A stretch of 64,000 nucleotides of DNA from Amphiscolops sp. MND2022 (GCA_964187785.1 OZ076413.1:47308001-47372000), one strand, 5' to 3'; positions 35,691-49,966 are shown, numbered from the stretch's first letter. Numbers and translations: made by a program. Notes: generated from the letters alone by a model not told the origin.

Positions 35691-38600
35691 TTAAAAAAAA
35701 CATGAAGTTTCTCTTCTGAAAAGCGTTTTTTTGTATTTTATGTCGGATTCCTTTGACCTTGTGTGAGGTGTTTTTCTCATTACATTGAGTGCTTCATCTA
35801 GTGCATTGCTGAATGTTTCTCTCGCTACTTTGATTGTTACAGATGTTTCTTTCAGAGTTCTTCCTTCGCGTTCAACCAATCCTTTGGGGGTATGGATATA
35901 CAGTGTTCGGTATATGAGTTTTATTTGGTGGTTGTTACAAAAATCTCTAAACATTCGGCCCGTGAATGCGGTAACTTTGTCAGTGCTTGATGTTTTTGGA
36001 ATACCGTTCACATTTGAGTGCTGGTCAACGAACCTAACCGCAGTTTGACTGTCCGTCGTTTTGCAAGAGCTGGCTGTCTGCCCTTTACTATTCCGGTTCC
36101 TTGAGAGTAAGATATAAAAGATAAAATTGTTGGTTCCTATCGGTGACTGGGTTTTTGGATTTTGTCTTTTGGTCAGCTGAAAGCCGATGCTTGGTTTTTT
36201 TTCCCACTATTTAAATTAGGTTTAAGTTTCTTATCGGACATTTCGCACAGGATACACCCGTCGCATTTCATCTGTGAGGCCTGCGTGATCTTTGGCCACC
36301 AGAAGTGACTTACCGCCTTTGACATCTTCTTGACGGCGGAATGGCGGTCGTGGAGAAGGCTGCCTACATTCTTTCTGAGGATTTTGCGATCTTCGTAGAA
36401 GACGAAGCCGTTACTTGTTGAGAGTTTCTTCAGGCGAAGCATGTATTCTTTTGGCATGTTGTCTTGTTGCTGACGCTCAAAGTAATCGAGTGTTTTAAGG
36501 AGGCTTGGTTCTTTTGTCATCTCTGTCATTCGTAGCTGGAGATCGATTGAGAAATTCGTTCCAGTTTCCCCTAAAAAAGTGCCGAGATTTTTGTCTCCGT
36601 GATTAGTTTCCTCGGCGTTGCTTCTGGATGCATGGCCCATCTTCATAAATTGGGAGCTTTAAACCTCCACATACTTTCCCCAATTGACTGCTGCGACTTC
36701 AAGAACTCATGGTCTTGATCTCTGTCCGATCCTATTTCGCCCTCTCCATTGGCATGTCTTCTTGGTACATTTGTCCCGTGGTTGTTGACGAGGGTCCAGG
36801 TTGGCCATAATGAATGTCTTTTGATGGTCGTGGACGGTCGATTTCCCAGAATAGATCTATCGTCAATCGTTCGAATTTTCTGGATTGAGACTGGAAGCCT
36901 GCAGCTGGTTGTTTCTGACTTATTTTTTCGATGTTTTTGATTGGTTGTTGGAGCTGTTCTCCAATTATTCTTCTTCATTGCGAGGAAATCTTGACTCGTG
37001 GTATCTTTCCTACGGTCACCGGACTGACGATAAAATCCGGGCGGCTTTACAAAACCTTTCTATTTTGTCATCTGATGTTGAGTTTCTGGGGAGGGATCGG
37101 CGATTTCGAGATTTTCAATTTTTAGTTTTTCCTTGCATTCGTGGCGGTTTCGCTTTTAGATTTTGTGAAGTTTTAGCACGTTGTTGAAACAATCAAAGGC
37201 GAATTTTTCACGCGGTTTGGATAGTTTTGATTCGTTGTACTCTCCGTCGTATGCGTCATCCACTTGTGATAGTGCACACGGATTTCTGCTGAGATAATCT
37301 GTGAGTGCTGAATGCTTTTTGCCTTTAAGATTTACGTTGATTGCGATGTGCGGTTTTCGGTCTAGCAATCTTGTCAGCTGTACGCTATATTTTCTGTTGG
37401 ATCGATTGTGTTTAATAGACAAATCTAATTCTTGGCGATCAGCGAGCAGTTTCATCGGATTTCGTAAATGTGTAGGCGGAAGGGTTCTAATTCCATACCA
37501 CTGCTTTTAGTTCTGATTCCTTGAGGGCGCATTTCTTCTCCGTGTCCTAAAAGAATCGGTTGGCAAATTCAATCGAATTTTGCTTATTGTCAGATTGTTC
37601 GTGTCATAGCGCCGCGCCCAGTCCTTCCGTACTGACGTTTTCCGTAAGTATGTTCGGATAGTTAGCGTTATTTTGTGCAGACACGGTATTTCCGTGATTT
37701 TCTGTATCAAGTTTTTGTGTGTTCTTTACTCCAATTGCAACCATCATCTTATTTGAGCAATTGTCTTAAATTGTCTGTCTGTACTGAAAGCTTTTCAATA
37801 TATTTAGACAAATACTGAATTGCGCAAGAGAACGATTTTACTTCTTTTCCGTTCAGCAATTTTATTGTTCTTTCCTTGCGAGTAATTTGACTTGTAACGA
37901 TTCAGTACCGTTTTGGTCAATTTAACGGCCAATTTTTCCTATTTCTGTTCTGAATAAATCGGAATTATTTTCGCTCAGTATATTGCCGGCCATCTCCAGT
38001 TTTGCTAGTACGTCTGTTGAATCGTCCATATGTTTGTTCAGGAGTTTTTTGTTCCCACGATAATATCGTCTAACCAAACTGGATGTTTGTTTTTTAGCGT
38101 CCGATTAAGTTTTTTTCGACTGTCCACTCCTACCCGAGTATTGAGTGTGTTTTTGTGATTGTCATCAGCAGTTTCTGATATTCGCCAGTTATTTCTTTGT
38201 TCAGTGTATTTCTAAATTCGTGAATTTTGCCCTGTAGATTTTTTCTATTGGTATTAACATCTCGATAACCTCCTGTTAAAAGTTTTACCGCTGTTGTGTT
38301 GGTAAATTTTGTTAAATTCAGCTGTTGAGTGAGTTACTGGTGACCCTGTGTCTTCTATGAGTTTTATTGGTCGGGTATTGACCAATAGCGTTATAGTACA
38401 GAATGGTGGTCCGTTCCTTTGAATGCAATTTCTGTGGAATGAAGTGTGTTCCCTCCGGTGCTCAGTCATCTTCATCCGAGTTAAATGTTTCTTCTTCCGC
38501 TATATGGTTTGTTTTTCATGCTGGGCGACACCATTTGGTGTGGTGATCAAGTTTACCGCATTTCGTGCATTTCTTTCCTCTTGCCGGACATACTTGCTCT

Positions 38601-39230
38601 TTGGGCCGAATGGACGCTCCGCATCTGTTCCTGTCAAATCTCCTAGTTTTTGGGCTTCAATCTGCTTGCTCTTAACTTTATTTTTTATCTTCTCTACCTG
38701 CCAGATTTTCTTTTCTTTTTTTTGTATTCATGTATAGTTTTCGTTATTGCTTCTACCGACATATCGCCTTTGCGGAATATTTGTATTCATCTCATAATCT
38801 CAGGTAGAATCGGCTCTGAGCGATAGAACTTTGAGGCCAGAAGTTCAGGTGCTCTGATGGTTTCGAACTCGCAATATTTCTGGACTTTAAAAATTCTCTT
38901 CCACACATCTGTTGCTTGCTGATTCACCGTTCTATTTTTTAGATCAAAGGAATCGGCTCGGTTGTGTTATACTTTCCTTTCCGGCGTGTAGTGTAGACGG
39001 AATAAGGTGTACAATTTTTATAACGGTAAGGAACTTGGTGTTTTACTCCCTAACCGGTTTGGTGTTTTCCGTGAGTGCACTTGGCCCAATTGCTCAAAGA
39101 AATATATTCTTGATTTCGGATTCCAGTTTTTCACGGTGTTCTTGCAGTTCTCCTTTGAATTAGTCGTTGTTGACAGATCGATGTTTTTCGGCAGTTTTTC
39201 ATATTGGACGAAAATTTCGCCTCCACCACA
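35691..39230 (-). mobile_element. Heavily decayed Ty3/Gypsy-like gag-pol remnant
   Basis: Fragments: integrase (DKVTAFTGRMFRDFC...GLVER), H-H-C-C (LLHDRH...FWWPKI...CDGCILC), RNase H end (ALTDYLSRNP) and protease-like IEDTGSP. Boundaries are uncertain. Confidence 0.7.
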
Positions 39231-39600
39231 AGTTTGCACTGGAGCTCTCGTACTTCTCCAGGCTGGGTATGGTCAGTGTTTGTGTGCTAATTCGTTCTCC
39301 CGTTCTCATTGTTGTCTCTTAGTGCAAAAGTTGAGTACTGGATGTGTGTTCCGACAACGGGTTAGGTAGATCGTTCTGCATGCGATGATGAAGTGTTGTT
39401 CGATTCTTCCATTCTCGAATAGGGTTTGATTGTTGTTTCTTGGTTAATCGTACGTTAACCTGGCTGTGCCGTGTTGTACTCTTTTTGGTATTAAAAGCTT
39501 CAAGCATAAACTGTTTTCTCTGAGATTACTTTTCGTAGTTTACATAAGGATAATTTTGTGATAATAGCTGGTACTTCCGACACTCAGACACATCATTATA

Positions 39601-40172
39601 AACAAGACGGGAACTATATCATAAATACAATATAAAGTCGGCGCTATATCTTAGGCTCAAAAAGCGCAAAAGACTTTTTTTGAAAAAAAACTTGAAATTG
39701 TTGAATTTTTTTTCTTTCAGAAAATGTCGCATAGTGCCGAAAAATGTAAAAAGGGGGACCCTTTGGGCGTTATCAACATATATTCTGTTGCAAAATATCA
39801 AAAAACGCGAAAGGGGGACTCTTTTGAGACGTTAAAAAATTTTCGGAAAGAGTCGCATAATGCCGAAAAAAAATCGAAAGGGGTTACCCTTTAGTCTCGT
39901 CCGGTTTTGTAGGTTAAAAGTTAAAAGTAAGTTAAAAAAGTAAAAAATGAAAGGGGGGGACCCTTTTGCACTAATTTCCGCTGGCTGGACTTGGCCTTAT
40001 GGTAGTAGTTTTAGTAGTTTCGATTGTAAGAAAAGTGGCCCAATCAGAGTGAGATTGTAGTCTGACGAAAAAAAGAAAAAAAACTAGCCACTGTAAGAGT
40101 CGGGCACTTTTCGCTAGAAAAGCGCCGACTAATAACATAAATAGTCTTTCGTCTAGAATTCGTCCTCTAGCC
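39601..40172. repeat. Non-autonomous interspersed repeat family (Helentron/DINE-like?), other copies about 6200-6455, 42975-43461 and 62560-62730
   Basis: Shared end motif TTTTGAGCCT(T/A)AGATATAGCGCCGAC...CCCG(T/G)CTTGTT. Terminal stem-loop GTCGGGCACTTTTC...GAAAAGCGCCGAC. Confidence 0.55.
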
Positions 40173-40874
40173 ATGCTTCAGGTCATAACTAAAAAGTCTA
40201 AAATTCTCTTCAAAAGGTTAGCGTTTAAAACCAGGTTGATACCAGTATAATTCTATTGTAGAACCCCCCGCCCTTCACTTTGGGTATGACATATTTCAAA
40301 CCCGGGCTCTGAAACACCGGGTTCAGTTCGTATTTTTGTCTCCTCGTCGTTGCCAGTAACTATTTAATATCATTTAATAATATGACGTGAAAAACTTCAG
40401 TACTTTGGACTAGGTCAAGTAACAGTCGGCGTTCATTAACACAAAAGTCCACAAACGTTCTTCAAATTCATCAAACTACAAAAAATGACGCCACGAAGTG
40501 TTGACGAAAACGATTATCAGAACCTTTAAACAATCCAGATACCGGAATAATGATATTTGCAGTTAATTCCTTAATCCTACCTATAAGTTTCGCCCAAATT
40601 TGACCACACACTGGTCAATTTGTAAGTTGTTGTCCTGCATGAAGCCTAAGCTTGAAAATTGTATGAAAATTTCAATTTGACTCTAACGGAGTTTGAATCG
40701 AGGCGTTTGAATATATTTTTTGAAAGGATATATATATATATATATTTCAGTTAACCGACTTTTGAATAGGTAAAAATTTATAGTAGGGTAAATTATTCCG
40801 GGAGAGATAATCTTGTGAGACAAGGCAATGAGTTCTCTCTTTAATCCAAAGTTTCAAGTTTTTCAGAAATTTTT

Positions 40875-42857
40875 TCAGAAATCGAGTTTCAGAAATTTTT
40901 TGATTGGTTTCTGGAATCCACGTGATACGAAAATGAAAATCACAGGATTCAGCAAACAATAAAACATGAAGACTCCTCGTGAAAATAGAAACAAAACGTG
41001 GGCGATTGTTGACGAAGTTGTAGTGTAGTAAACTAATGAGTGTTCTTCGGGAAACCATTTGATCAATTTTGCCAGTTGATCGGGAAACCAAAGCAGAATC
41101 CAAAGAATACACGAAATAAGAAACGCTTTCGTCAAGTCGCTGTTTCGATTTCTATTGGTTTTCACTTTAGAAAGCTTCGCACCAATCATAATGTACAAAA
41201 ATGACGTAACCGAAGCTGGTATCACGAAAAACAGAACCGTTTTTGCCAAGATTTCAGATCGAGTTTCGGGGTAGCAAGTGTATTTAGCAATCGCTGGTGC
41301 TTTAATCAGGAGAGAATAATGCGGTGAATAGAGTCGGGAGCAAAGTTGATTGTAAACAGTTATGAATAGTAATAACAGAGACAAAGCAATGCTTGCGAAA
41401 ACGCGATTGTTTTTTGTCAGAAGTTTCTCAGCGCGGAATGGCAGGCACACGAGAATGAAACGCTCCATAGCTAGCGCCAAGACACAGTAGCCAGTGCTGA
41501 ATAGATTCAATTCATCCCCGAGGTAGGCGAGAATGTATCGAACATAGGGATTTTGTGGCATCAAAATCCAAGACAAGGAATCCATTTCACTATAGGGATA
41601 TTTGTAAACAACATTTCCATTGATTGTTTGATAGTAACTATGGAGAACCATTTTTGAAAATTCCCAAATTGCCAAAAGGACTATTTTTTGGCTGAAAGTC
41701 ATTTTTTCGGTCGATCAACATTAGTTTGTTACTTTCTGGCTTAGTTGGTCACCTTTCAAGCTATTATGCAAGAACTTCCATGAGACTTTTTAAACTGTCA
41801 TTATTCAGAGTTGAATCGTTCTCAAGTACAAAAAGTTACCTTCACGTGAAAATTGTGTACCATATGTCGACATTTTTTGCGTTGAAATTTTGGTATATAA
41901 AATAATTGATGTCGACATAATTCTATCCACTACATTGATTGTCAGTTAAAAGTTGCTCATTAGATTTTATTGCGGAGAAAATATGCGTTGAAATAGGGGC
42001 CTTTTGATACAATTTGAGCTTGTTCCAAGCGTGAATTTCTGCTATTTTGGACAAAAATGTCAAAAAATTAGGGTAATTTTTTTTGCCTGAAGTGTCAAAA
42101 CAGTTGTAGAGACAATCTTAGAAGTATTTACATTCATATAATATTCTCTAATTAGTGAAATTTCAGGAACAAAATGTTTTCGTGTTGGGGTGGTGGTGCG
42201 AATTAGCAACACATGGTCCTTTGGGTCTGTTCAAAGAGAAAGTTTTTCTCACTTTCCGATCAAATTAACTACATGTACAATTAACTACAATGTACTGTTT
42301 ATGCGGCACGAAAAAAGGAATAGTTTTTACCATTAAACACGCAATTGCTTCATAGGGAAAGATACGGTGAACATGAAAATACGAAGGAAAAAGTTAAAAG
42401 CTTATGTTTAATAATCTATTTTAATATTTTATCCTATCACATTTTCAATTTCATGAGGAATCAAACAGAAATCAAACCAATTAAGTAGGACCTTCAAATA
42501 CTGGGCAGTACCCATGTGGAACAAAGAATCCTCCCAGTGATAATCTACATTGTGAAAATCGAATCATATGATTTTCTCATTTTCTATCATAATTAATTAA
42601 TTAATTTTTCCACATGTCTTTTTCCACATGTTTCATTTTCACTCCAATGAAAATAGTTCTCCACATAGTAAGTACCCTTCAAATATTGACCGCAAGTTAT
42701 AATGAGATATGGCGAATCCGGTGAAAACGTCACAGAAAGACTGCAGGCCAACAGGGTACAGATTGACAGATCGGAGCTCATCCACTATGAATATTGAGGC
42801 GACGATGTAAATGTTGAGAAGTGACGTTACAAAACCAGTGAAAACCTTGAAAAACAT
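40875..42857 (-). CDS. Rhodopsin-class (family A) GPCR, spliced: TM1-2 near 42857-42670, TM3-7 in 40875-41691
   Basis: TM3 LALAMERFILVCLPF (DRY-like), TM5 FFVIP, TM6 ILLWFP and TM7 LLNPVIF. The upstream exon has LLN (TM1) and LQSFCD (TM2). Middle exon structure is uncertain. Confidence 0.8.
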
Positions 42858-43557
42858 TTGGAAACTCTATTTTTAATCAGTGTTTTCGAAGAAAATGCAC
42901 GACTCTTACTAGTGGCTAGTATTTTTTCGTCAGTTCAACGCGATCGGTCCACTTTTTTGCTCTTTGTTTGACTTTTGGCTGGCTAATTTTCTGGGGTCTG
43001 AGAAGCAGGAGAGCGTGGGTTCGAGTCTCGCACTAAACCACAAAATTTTCTGATGCTTCCAAAAGTAGAGGAGAGACCAAAGGGTCGAACCTTTGGGTTT
43101 TTTTCGGCACTATGCCACATCTTTTCGGAAAAATTTTGAATTCTTTCAAAGGGTACCGCCTGAATTTTATCGAAGCTTTCGGTTTGTAAAAAAAAAACGT
43201 TTTATGAGCCTAAAGGGCCTCTACCCTGGGTTTTCCGGCAAAATGCGTTTTTTTTTACCGAATACCTTTTTGAAATTTTTTCTCCAAAAGCAAGTTGTTT
43301 TTTTCTGATGTTTCCAGCTCAACAAAAAACTGTTTTCGAGTTTCAGGGAAAACTTTTTCGGGTATGTTTTGGCATTGTGTAATAAAAATTTCACAATACT
43401 TGTTCCTTGAATATTTTTGAGCCTTAGAAATGGTGCCGACATGGGCCGGTCCCGGCTTGTTCCTTTCTTCACATGAATGGAAAAGCTGATCATAAAAAAG
43501 GTCAAAAAATAAACCCGTGATTTCAATCGACTGTTATTCGGTGATTTTGTTGAACAG

Positions 43558-46500
43558 TGTCTCAGACTGCCGCCTGCGATGTCCTACTGTATCAAGTTTC
43601 CCCAGAAGACGATTTTAACATTCCCAGATCGGGAGTCTTACCGATATGAAATAAAAATTTAAAACTTATGCGACGTATTAGCAATCACTGTTAACTGATT
43701 AAATATACAATTAATGATGATTGTTTAGCGCTTAATGTAGATAGAAGGTACAGCTATTTCATTACTTTGACCTAAGGTCAGTTCGACTGCAACGATTTAC
43801 TTTTGTATACTAATATGTAGTATTCTTGGTGATTCACCTTTTAATCAATTATGAACTAATATACGCATACAAATTTGCGATTGATTGCTTGCTGCAGTTC
43901 GAAATGTAGATTAGAAATCAATGAAAACGATTGAATAATATATCAAACTGGTAAATGTGAAGTAAACGCTTTCAACTAGTACATCGATGCAGTCAAGTTG
44001 ACGCGTTGTCCAAATTAGTTTTGACCAATCAAATTGCGCGAATAGTATTATGGTGCAGTCATGCGTACGTTAGGTCCAATTTGTTAGTGAAAGCCAAATA
44101 ATACTCCCAGATGCAGGAAATGTTGCTGTTTGCAATATTCATTAATACCAGTTTTGTTGTTGCTTCTCTTTATAGGTTAACGAACAAGTGACGTAATGTT
44201 TCAACTTACCCTATTTTCTATTTATAGCAAACATTATGTCATTGTTAGAAAGTTGCTATTTTGACAATGGCATCATTTATAATTTTACCCTATGACACTC
44301 GAAATTTTGAGTGTCATGGTGGTGAAAGTATATAGATGTAACGTCCACGTAGCAGAGTACATCCTAGAAGTGGGCTAATGCCTAGGGTGCTTAAACAGGA
44401 AACCGTTGTCTTACTACAGCTGGAGACATTAGTTCATAATCCCGAATAGGTCTCCGAAAAGGGAATTTTTCAAACGTCAAAGGAGGCTCCTCAGTTAGAG
44501 CTCCGTGGTGTTGTGCCGGCGCACTCAAAGTCCGGACACGTCCCACAAGCTTGTAAAAACGTATCCTAAGGTTCCTAACGTTCCTGCGACTCTCTATACC
44601 TTCGAAAACAGGGGTTTAGCTGAAGTACATTTCAATTAGATGAATAACGTCTAAAATAACGAAAATAGGGGTCAAGCATCACCAAATACCTGCAAAAACC
44701 ACAAATACGGTACAACAGACTTAGAAAACATCAAGTGTCAGTGTCAGCGCGTCTTGGGTTTGCGCGTTGGCACATGCAAACTATGCAAACTTTTGATTTT
44801 TTTCATCTTTTGAGCCATTCAATGGGTTCTGCTGTTAGCTGGGACGTCTTCCGAGGGAGATGGCACCGTACGGCGATTTCGGGGATACTTCTGTGGCGAC
44901 GTGTTCTCTCTCGGGCTGGCTGGGTGTCTTTGTTGCGTTTTTTCAGTTCTTCTACGGTTTTCATACCTGCCGGGTCGGACATCTTGAATGTGCTTATTTG
45001 ATATTTGATACCGCACATTTCAAATTTTTTGACCAAATTTTTGTAACATCGACTGCCTGACGTTACATCCTCTCCGGGCCGTAGTTTGTCGTCCTCGGCA
45101 AACGAGAGTGGATGTTCACGTCTTGGTTGTCATCATCCAGGGGTACTGTTTCAGCAATATGCCATTTCAGGACCCGAACAAAGGTTGCTGCCCAAATAGA
45201 AGATACTGGCCAAAAACAAGTTACTGCCCAAAAACATGTTACTGCCCAAAAACTTGCACTGGAAAAGTTTTAGCAACTTCAGACATTTAGCATTGTATTC
45301 AAAATGTTTTCAAACGTTTAATTTCGCACCAAAATTACAAGCGCTTTGTATTACCAAATCATGTAAATATAAAAAGGACTCATCATAACAGGTTTGGCAT
45401 TGGCCGGGGGCCCACCTGATAGGTTAGGTTTAACAAAATGCACAATAGCACTTTAAAAGCGAAAAATAAAACAGCCGTGGTCTTGCAAAAATGTCGTAGT
45501 TCATTGCCAACAGAAACTGCACAATAAACAGAGCTAAAAAATACAAAATTTTACCAGAAGTGAGGACCCATTCAATCTATTGTGTTAGCAGTGTACGCTC
45601 AGATAAAGGTATTGTCTAAGTAGTATAAACACCAGTGTATAGGTAAGAGATGATAGTAAACTGGTCCTTTAGACAATGAATATGTCGATGGCTATGGTAG
45701 ACAAGGATCCATGGAAAATAAAAATCAGGCATGATAGATCAATAAAACATATTTTGGCATTAAAACCCAGTTCCAGAGCAATCATTCGTGTTTTAAAAGC
45801 ACGGCCGCTGGCCAAGCAGTTCTCAGAGCTTCGAAGCTCTAGGTGTTTTATCATGACTGGTGTTGTTTTCTCTTGGGAGAGTACAAGTACTCCCCAGGCC
45901 AATCTCTTGTCCGGTGTTTTCACTCATGGTCTTTTTTCACTCATGCTGCCCTGTTTCTGGAGAGCACAAGTAAATCCGTAAATGTGATCAGGGACTGGGG
46001 AGAGACCTTGGGGGCAAGCAAAAAGAGGGACACTAGTTGGAAGTAATTTTTTGTCCTACGATCGTAGTACGATCAGAAAAAGAGTTTTTTTTCAACTATG
46101 GTAGTCACTACTGTATTTGTTGTTCTGTTTGGAGACGCACCGCGTCCAAAGTCTGAACCTCTAAAAGTGCCTATAAACGCGCTCCAGCACCCGCAGGATA
46201 CATAGGGCACCGAGCATGCATGTTCACAACGGATAACTTGCACTAAGGTGACTTTTATAGCAGTTAGGAGGCGAATTCCGAAAATGGTTTTTCACCTTTT
46301 TGACTCGTAGACAGTTTTCTCAGAGACCCGAGATCTTGGCATTAGGCAAATCTTGGTTTAGCACTAAACAAAGTAATTCAGCAGGACGGGTTGAGGGTGC
46401 CGCGTATATTAGTGAGGTCATTTGGGCCTTCACTGGCATGTACACTGACAAAAAGTGTGCAATTTATCTCAAAAAATAAAAAAATCAAAAATTTTTTCGT

Positions 46501-49500
46501 CAATTTGCACCTCCGGGGAAGTTGCAAATCACTTCTAGCGTTGCTAACGGCCTGACAAGTTCACACCGTTTACTACAGTAGCAAAAATTAAGGGGAATTA
46601 ACATCCGATTGCGCTAAAATTAACTCTAGGGGTGTTACAGCTGTTCAACTGTGTTCACTGAAAAAATGACTTTGTCGTGAAATTCGCAAAAGTATGTCAA
46701 ACTCACCTTCCAGGCGTCCTAGCTACCTGTAATTTTGTATGCAAGCGTAACGTATGCTCACGTAGCAGAAAAACACAACGGCAGGGTGCTTGGATTAATA
46801 TCTGACGATCGGAAGTGATAAAACTATGATGTACCCTAGGTACCACTTTTTCGGGTCAGAAATCACAAAAATGTCAATTTCTCCAAGTTGGACAGTAGCA
46901 GACTGCTCAAAATGCACAAATCGTCGAATTTTGGTACCGTATGCACGAAAATGATAGAGCTGGGATTTTTGTGCTGGGATACTTGCAAGGTATTGCACTA
47001 TTCTAAACTAAAATTCGATTTTTCAACAATTTCGTACAATTTTTGGGCAGAACTGTGGGTCCGATTTCTCAATTACTAGTGATGGTAGCGCTACGAAATA
47101 TACACCACTAACGTAACTTTTTGCGGTCTACACGATAGTGCAATTCGTTTTGGGCTGCTTTTTCTAGGAGAGATTTAGACATGTCTTAGGAACGCTATTC
47201 CAGTGTAACGAAATTGTCACTGAACACTGAAATAACTCGTTTTTGGCTATTTCTCGGCAAGTACTGATTGGAATTACTCGCGGTTTTCTGCGTTTGCAAC
47301 GTTAGTATCTATACTAACAGAAAATAGGCAAGCGAAACCTGGCAGGTTCCAAATAAGGCCTCTCAAAAAGTTTTCATGTTACACCTTTTACATTCTGGGA
47401 ACAATGTGAAATATACGTGTTTTCCGCAAGAACTTTTTATTTCTCGGTTTCCAGATGTTCCGGATAGTTCTAAACGTAACGTAACAAGGTGCTATAACTT
47501 TATTCAGGGGACTGGGGTTGTTTCAATTATTAGCTTTGATTTTATAACTCTCAGGTCTACGGGGTCCTCTATGAGGTCTATGTATATTAAAAAAATCAAG
47601 GTTAAAGTTTCTATTTATATTAGGGAAGGCTAGAAAACGTCCTGGCAGTAGTGTTTTGTACTGCCAGGCTCGGGAAAAGGGTTTGTGGGGTGCTTCAGAA
47701 GCTTGGAAGCAAACGCCCAAGGCTTCGGCCTCACCAATTTTGGTCTCTTAGTCCAAACTTGATGTTTTATCAACAAAAATTGCTGATTTTTTTGTTATTT
47801 TCAAAATTTAGCCTAACAAAAAGTTCTGTTCCTGACCTACCAGGTTTGACGAAAAGTTTATCCAGTTTTCTCATTGGCCGTACCCTCTTCTGAAAAATTT
47901 TGGCTTCTGAAAGTAACAAAGTCGAAAATCGAGCTATATCAGGTGTTATTGCTAGCTCGCTACAACTTCTCAGAAAACAATCGGAATACCCTATGGGTAT
48001 TTTTCTCTTTTCATACTAATGAGGGTACGCCTAGGTTTATGCTTTTCAAGCCACAAAAACAAAAAGATTGATGTAACCCAGCCGATTTGCTGCAGTCACC
48101 TGTGTGAGTGAAGTAGTGTTGTACAGTTCGTCTTCACTTCGTCACCGCTGATGGGCTAAGGACTGTCACTTTGCTTGTTCCCCATCCCAATGCATTGCAA
48201 ATAGACTGAAATAGAGCTACAATCCCTTTACAACAAAATCCGGTTAAGCTGGATGGTTAAATTCAACAAACACTGTTTGTTTTTATGGCGCCCCACAAGG
48301 GATCCTTTTTTCATTTTTGAGTCGTACGAGCAGGTCTTCCTGCTCTCCGGCCCCGGAGGGTCCATATCTAGAAAGACTTATTAGCGAGTCCTAGATTTTT
48401 TTATTGCCTTTGTCAAGCCTGGTAGGCTTTCTTCTAACAGAATTCCTGCGTTTCTTGCGTATTTGCGGCGTCTGAAATGAGAAATAACCGATTTATAGCA
48501 ATGTTCCGTTTAGATACAGTTTCTGTCAGTCCACCTAGCAGAGTACATCATAGAATTGGGCTAATGGATAGGGTGCTTAAACAGGAGACCGTTGTCTTTC
48601 TACAGCCCTAGACTTTAGTTCTTAAACCCGAACAGGTTTCCTGAAAGGGACTATTTTAAAACGTCAAAGGAGGCTCTTCAGTTAGAGCTCCGTGGCGACG
48701 TGCTAGCGCACTCAAAGTCCGAACACGTTCCACACGCCTGTAAAAACGTATCCTAAGGTTCTTAACGTTCCTGCGACTCTACATACCTCCGAAAACAGGG
48801 GTTTAGCTGAAGTACATTTTAATTAGATGAATAACGTCTAAAATAACGAAAATAGCGGTCAAGCATCACCAAATACCTGCAAAAACCACAAATACGGTAC
48901 AACAGACTTAGAAAACATCAAGCGTCAGTGTCAGCGCGTCTTGGGTTTGCGCGTTGGCACATGCAAACTATGCAAACTTTTGATTTTCTTCATCTTTTGG
49001 GCCATTCTATGGGTTCTGCCGTTAGCTGGGACTTCTTCCGAGGGAGGTGGCACCGCACAGCGATTTCGGGGATACTTCTGTGGCGGGGTGTTCTCTCTCG
49101 GGCTGAGTGGTTTTGTCTTTGTTGCGTTTTTTCACTTCTTGTACGGTTTCCGTACCTGCCGGGTCGGCCAATCTGAATGTGCTTATTTGATACCGTAAAT
49201 TTCAAATTTTTGATCAAAATTTTGTAACCTCGACTGCCTGACGTTACAATATATGAGGAAATCGATGTTCCATTTTCATTCAATACCGTTACTGCGATAT
49301 AGATAACACTGTTGTGGAATTCTGACATGTTGTTACTATCCTGTTGAAACGCTACATTCTTGTTGATATGCCTTCAACCAGAAAGTAGAAAGAAAAGCGT
49401 TCAAGACAATCTGACGTAATGTCAGATATTGAAAACCTTGATGTAATGTTAGGCAATTGCTCTGAGAATGAAATAAGAGACCAAGAGAATGTTGGTGAAG

Positions 49501-49966
49501 TATATATGGACTTAGAGCCCAGAAGATAGCAGCAAAGTACTATCCGTATTGATAACAATTACAGATCCCTTTCAAACACTAACTTAAGTGAAAACAGTGA
49601 GATTACTGCAGATAATAGCAAGATGATCATTTCAGAAACTTCATCCCAAATGTCAAGAGAACTTGAAGAAATGAAATCTGACTAAAAGTCTCACTTTTTA
49701 GAAGTAATTAATTGTGCAATTGAGGAGGAAATACTGCCAAGTATAGAAAATGCTGTAGCAGGCAATGAGGCAGCAGAAAACACAAAATGGGACCTTCGGT
49801 CAGACGGACGGCATCCAAGTAAAGCCGATCAAACAACTCGGAAATTTTACCCTACGGAAATTTTACCCGGAAAAGTCACATAGACTGCATAAAAACAAGC
49901 TTAACCAACAAACTCAGGATTTTAGGGACGATTGGCCCAGGTTGATTTCAACTAGTAACCGGGACA
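43558..49966 (+). mobile_element. Diverged solo LTR of the same Gypsy lineage as 15669-31481, split by a nested insertion
   Basis: Starts TGTCTCAGACTGCCGCCTGCGATG (compare TGTCGCAGGCTGCCGCCTGCGATG). A degenerate gag N-terminus MPSTRK*KEKRSRQSDVMSDIENLDVMLG starts at 49368. Ends ...CCGGGACA with no PBS. About 1.5 kb after removing the insert. Confidence 0.8.
44337..49248 (-). mobile_element. Non-autonomous LTR element (two ~730-bp LTRs: 44337-45067 and about 48524-49248) with no long internal ORF
   Basis: Diverged direct repeats with termini TGTAACGTC...GACGTTACA, near-matching flanks ATAGA/ATATA, and a purine tract GGAGAGGA abutting the left LTR on the minus strand. Confidence 0.75.
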
